Source: Candidatus Sabulitectum sp.
GTDB taxonomy: Bacteria > Fermentibacterota > Fermentibacteria > Fermentibacterales > JCC-6
NCBI GenBank assembly: GCA_036743055.1
Contig: DAINQE010000011.1
Coordinates: forward strand, 5,516-57,652
DNA length: 52,137 bases
Reading direction: 5' to 3'
The notes beneath the pieces are model-generated. The model saw nothing but the letters and a program-made list of their open reading frames with translations. It did no database searches and was not told the DNA's origin. The position numbers and the translations under genes are program-made. Each line of letters begins with the position of its first letter. Position 1 is the stretch's first letter. This document shows positions 52,137-52,137 of the stretch, piece by piece.

Positions 52137-52137
52137 G

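Noticed and set aside
1-52137. CRISPR arrays, IS elements, rRNA genes, prophage genes.
   Set aside because: I saw no regularly spaced direct repeats, no transposase, integrase or recombinase-like ORFs, and no rRNA-like sequence in either strand on reading the window and the ORF track.

Overview
GC-rich, densely coded 52.1-kb chromosomal segment with about 50 CDS and 2 tRNAs. I saw no rRNA, CRISPR array, transposase, integrase or obvious prophage. Gene content points to an anaerobe: NuoE/NuoF-like flavoprotein subunits, NfnAB/GltD-like oxidoreductase, several radical-SAM and Fe-S proteins, and a Desulfovibrio-type bacterioferritin. A PorX-type response regulator and a DUF3098-like protein hint at the FCB superphylum or a related uncultivated lineage; this is inference only. 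Recognisable blocks are as follows. (1) A glutamate/nitrogen node: glnA, two different glutamate dehydrogenases and NfnAB. (2) A housekeeping run: tsaE-tsaB-rimI/PNP fusion-folC. (3) Several accessory-looking clusters I cannot assign to a described system. The most interesting is a tandem triplet of paralogous small secreted proteins (9748-11521). All end in the same extreme C-terminal tail, [ST]-W-[GA]-x-[LI]-K-[TA]-x-F-stop. They lie behind a sigma-54-type -24/-12 element and are divergent from a roughly 1200-aa TPR-containing enhancer-binding protein. The same tail sits on an unrelated secreted protein 26 kb away (37120-37779). Other candidates: a second tandem triplet of secreted paralogs (28297-31028); a translationally coupled pair of a Tim44-like/zinc-ribbon/TerB membrane protein and a single-HKD PLD enzyme (38738-41151); a four-gene overlapping operon MBL-DUF89-CGGC-radical SAM (22761-25664); two paralogous PEP/pyruvate-binding-domain proteins bracketing gdhA-zupT; and a LarA-like/PorY-like/PorX-like operon. 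All family calls come from motif recognition by eye. No database search was possible.
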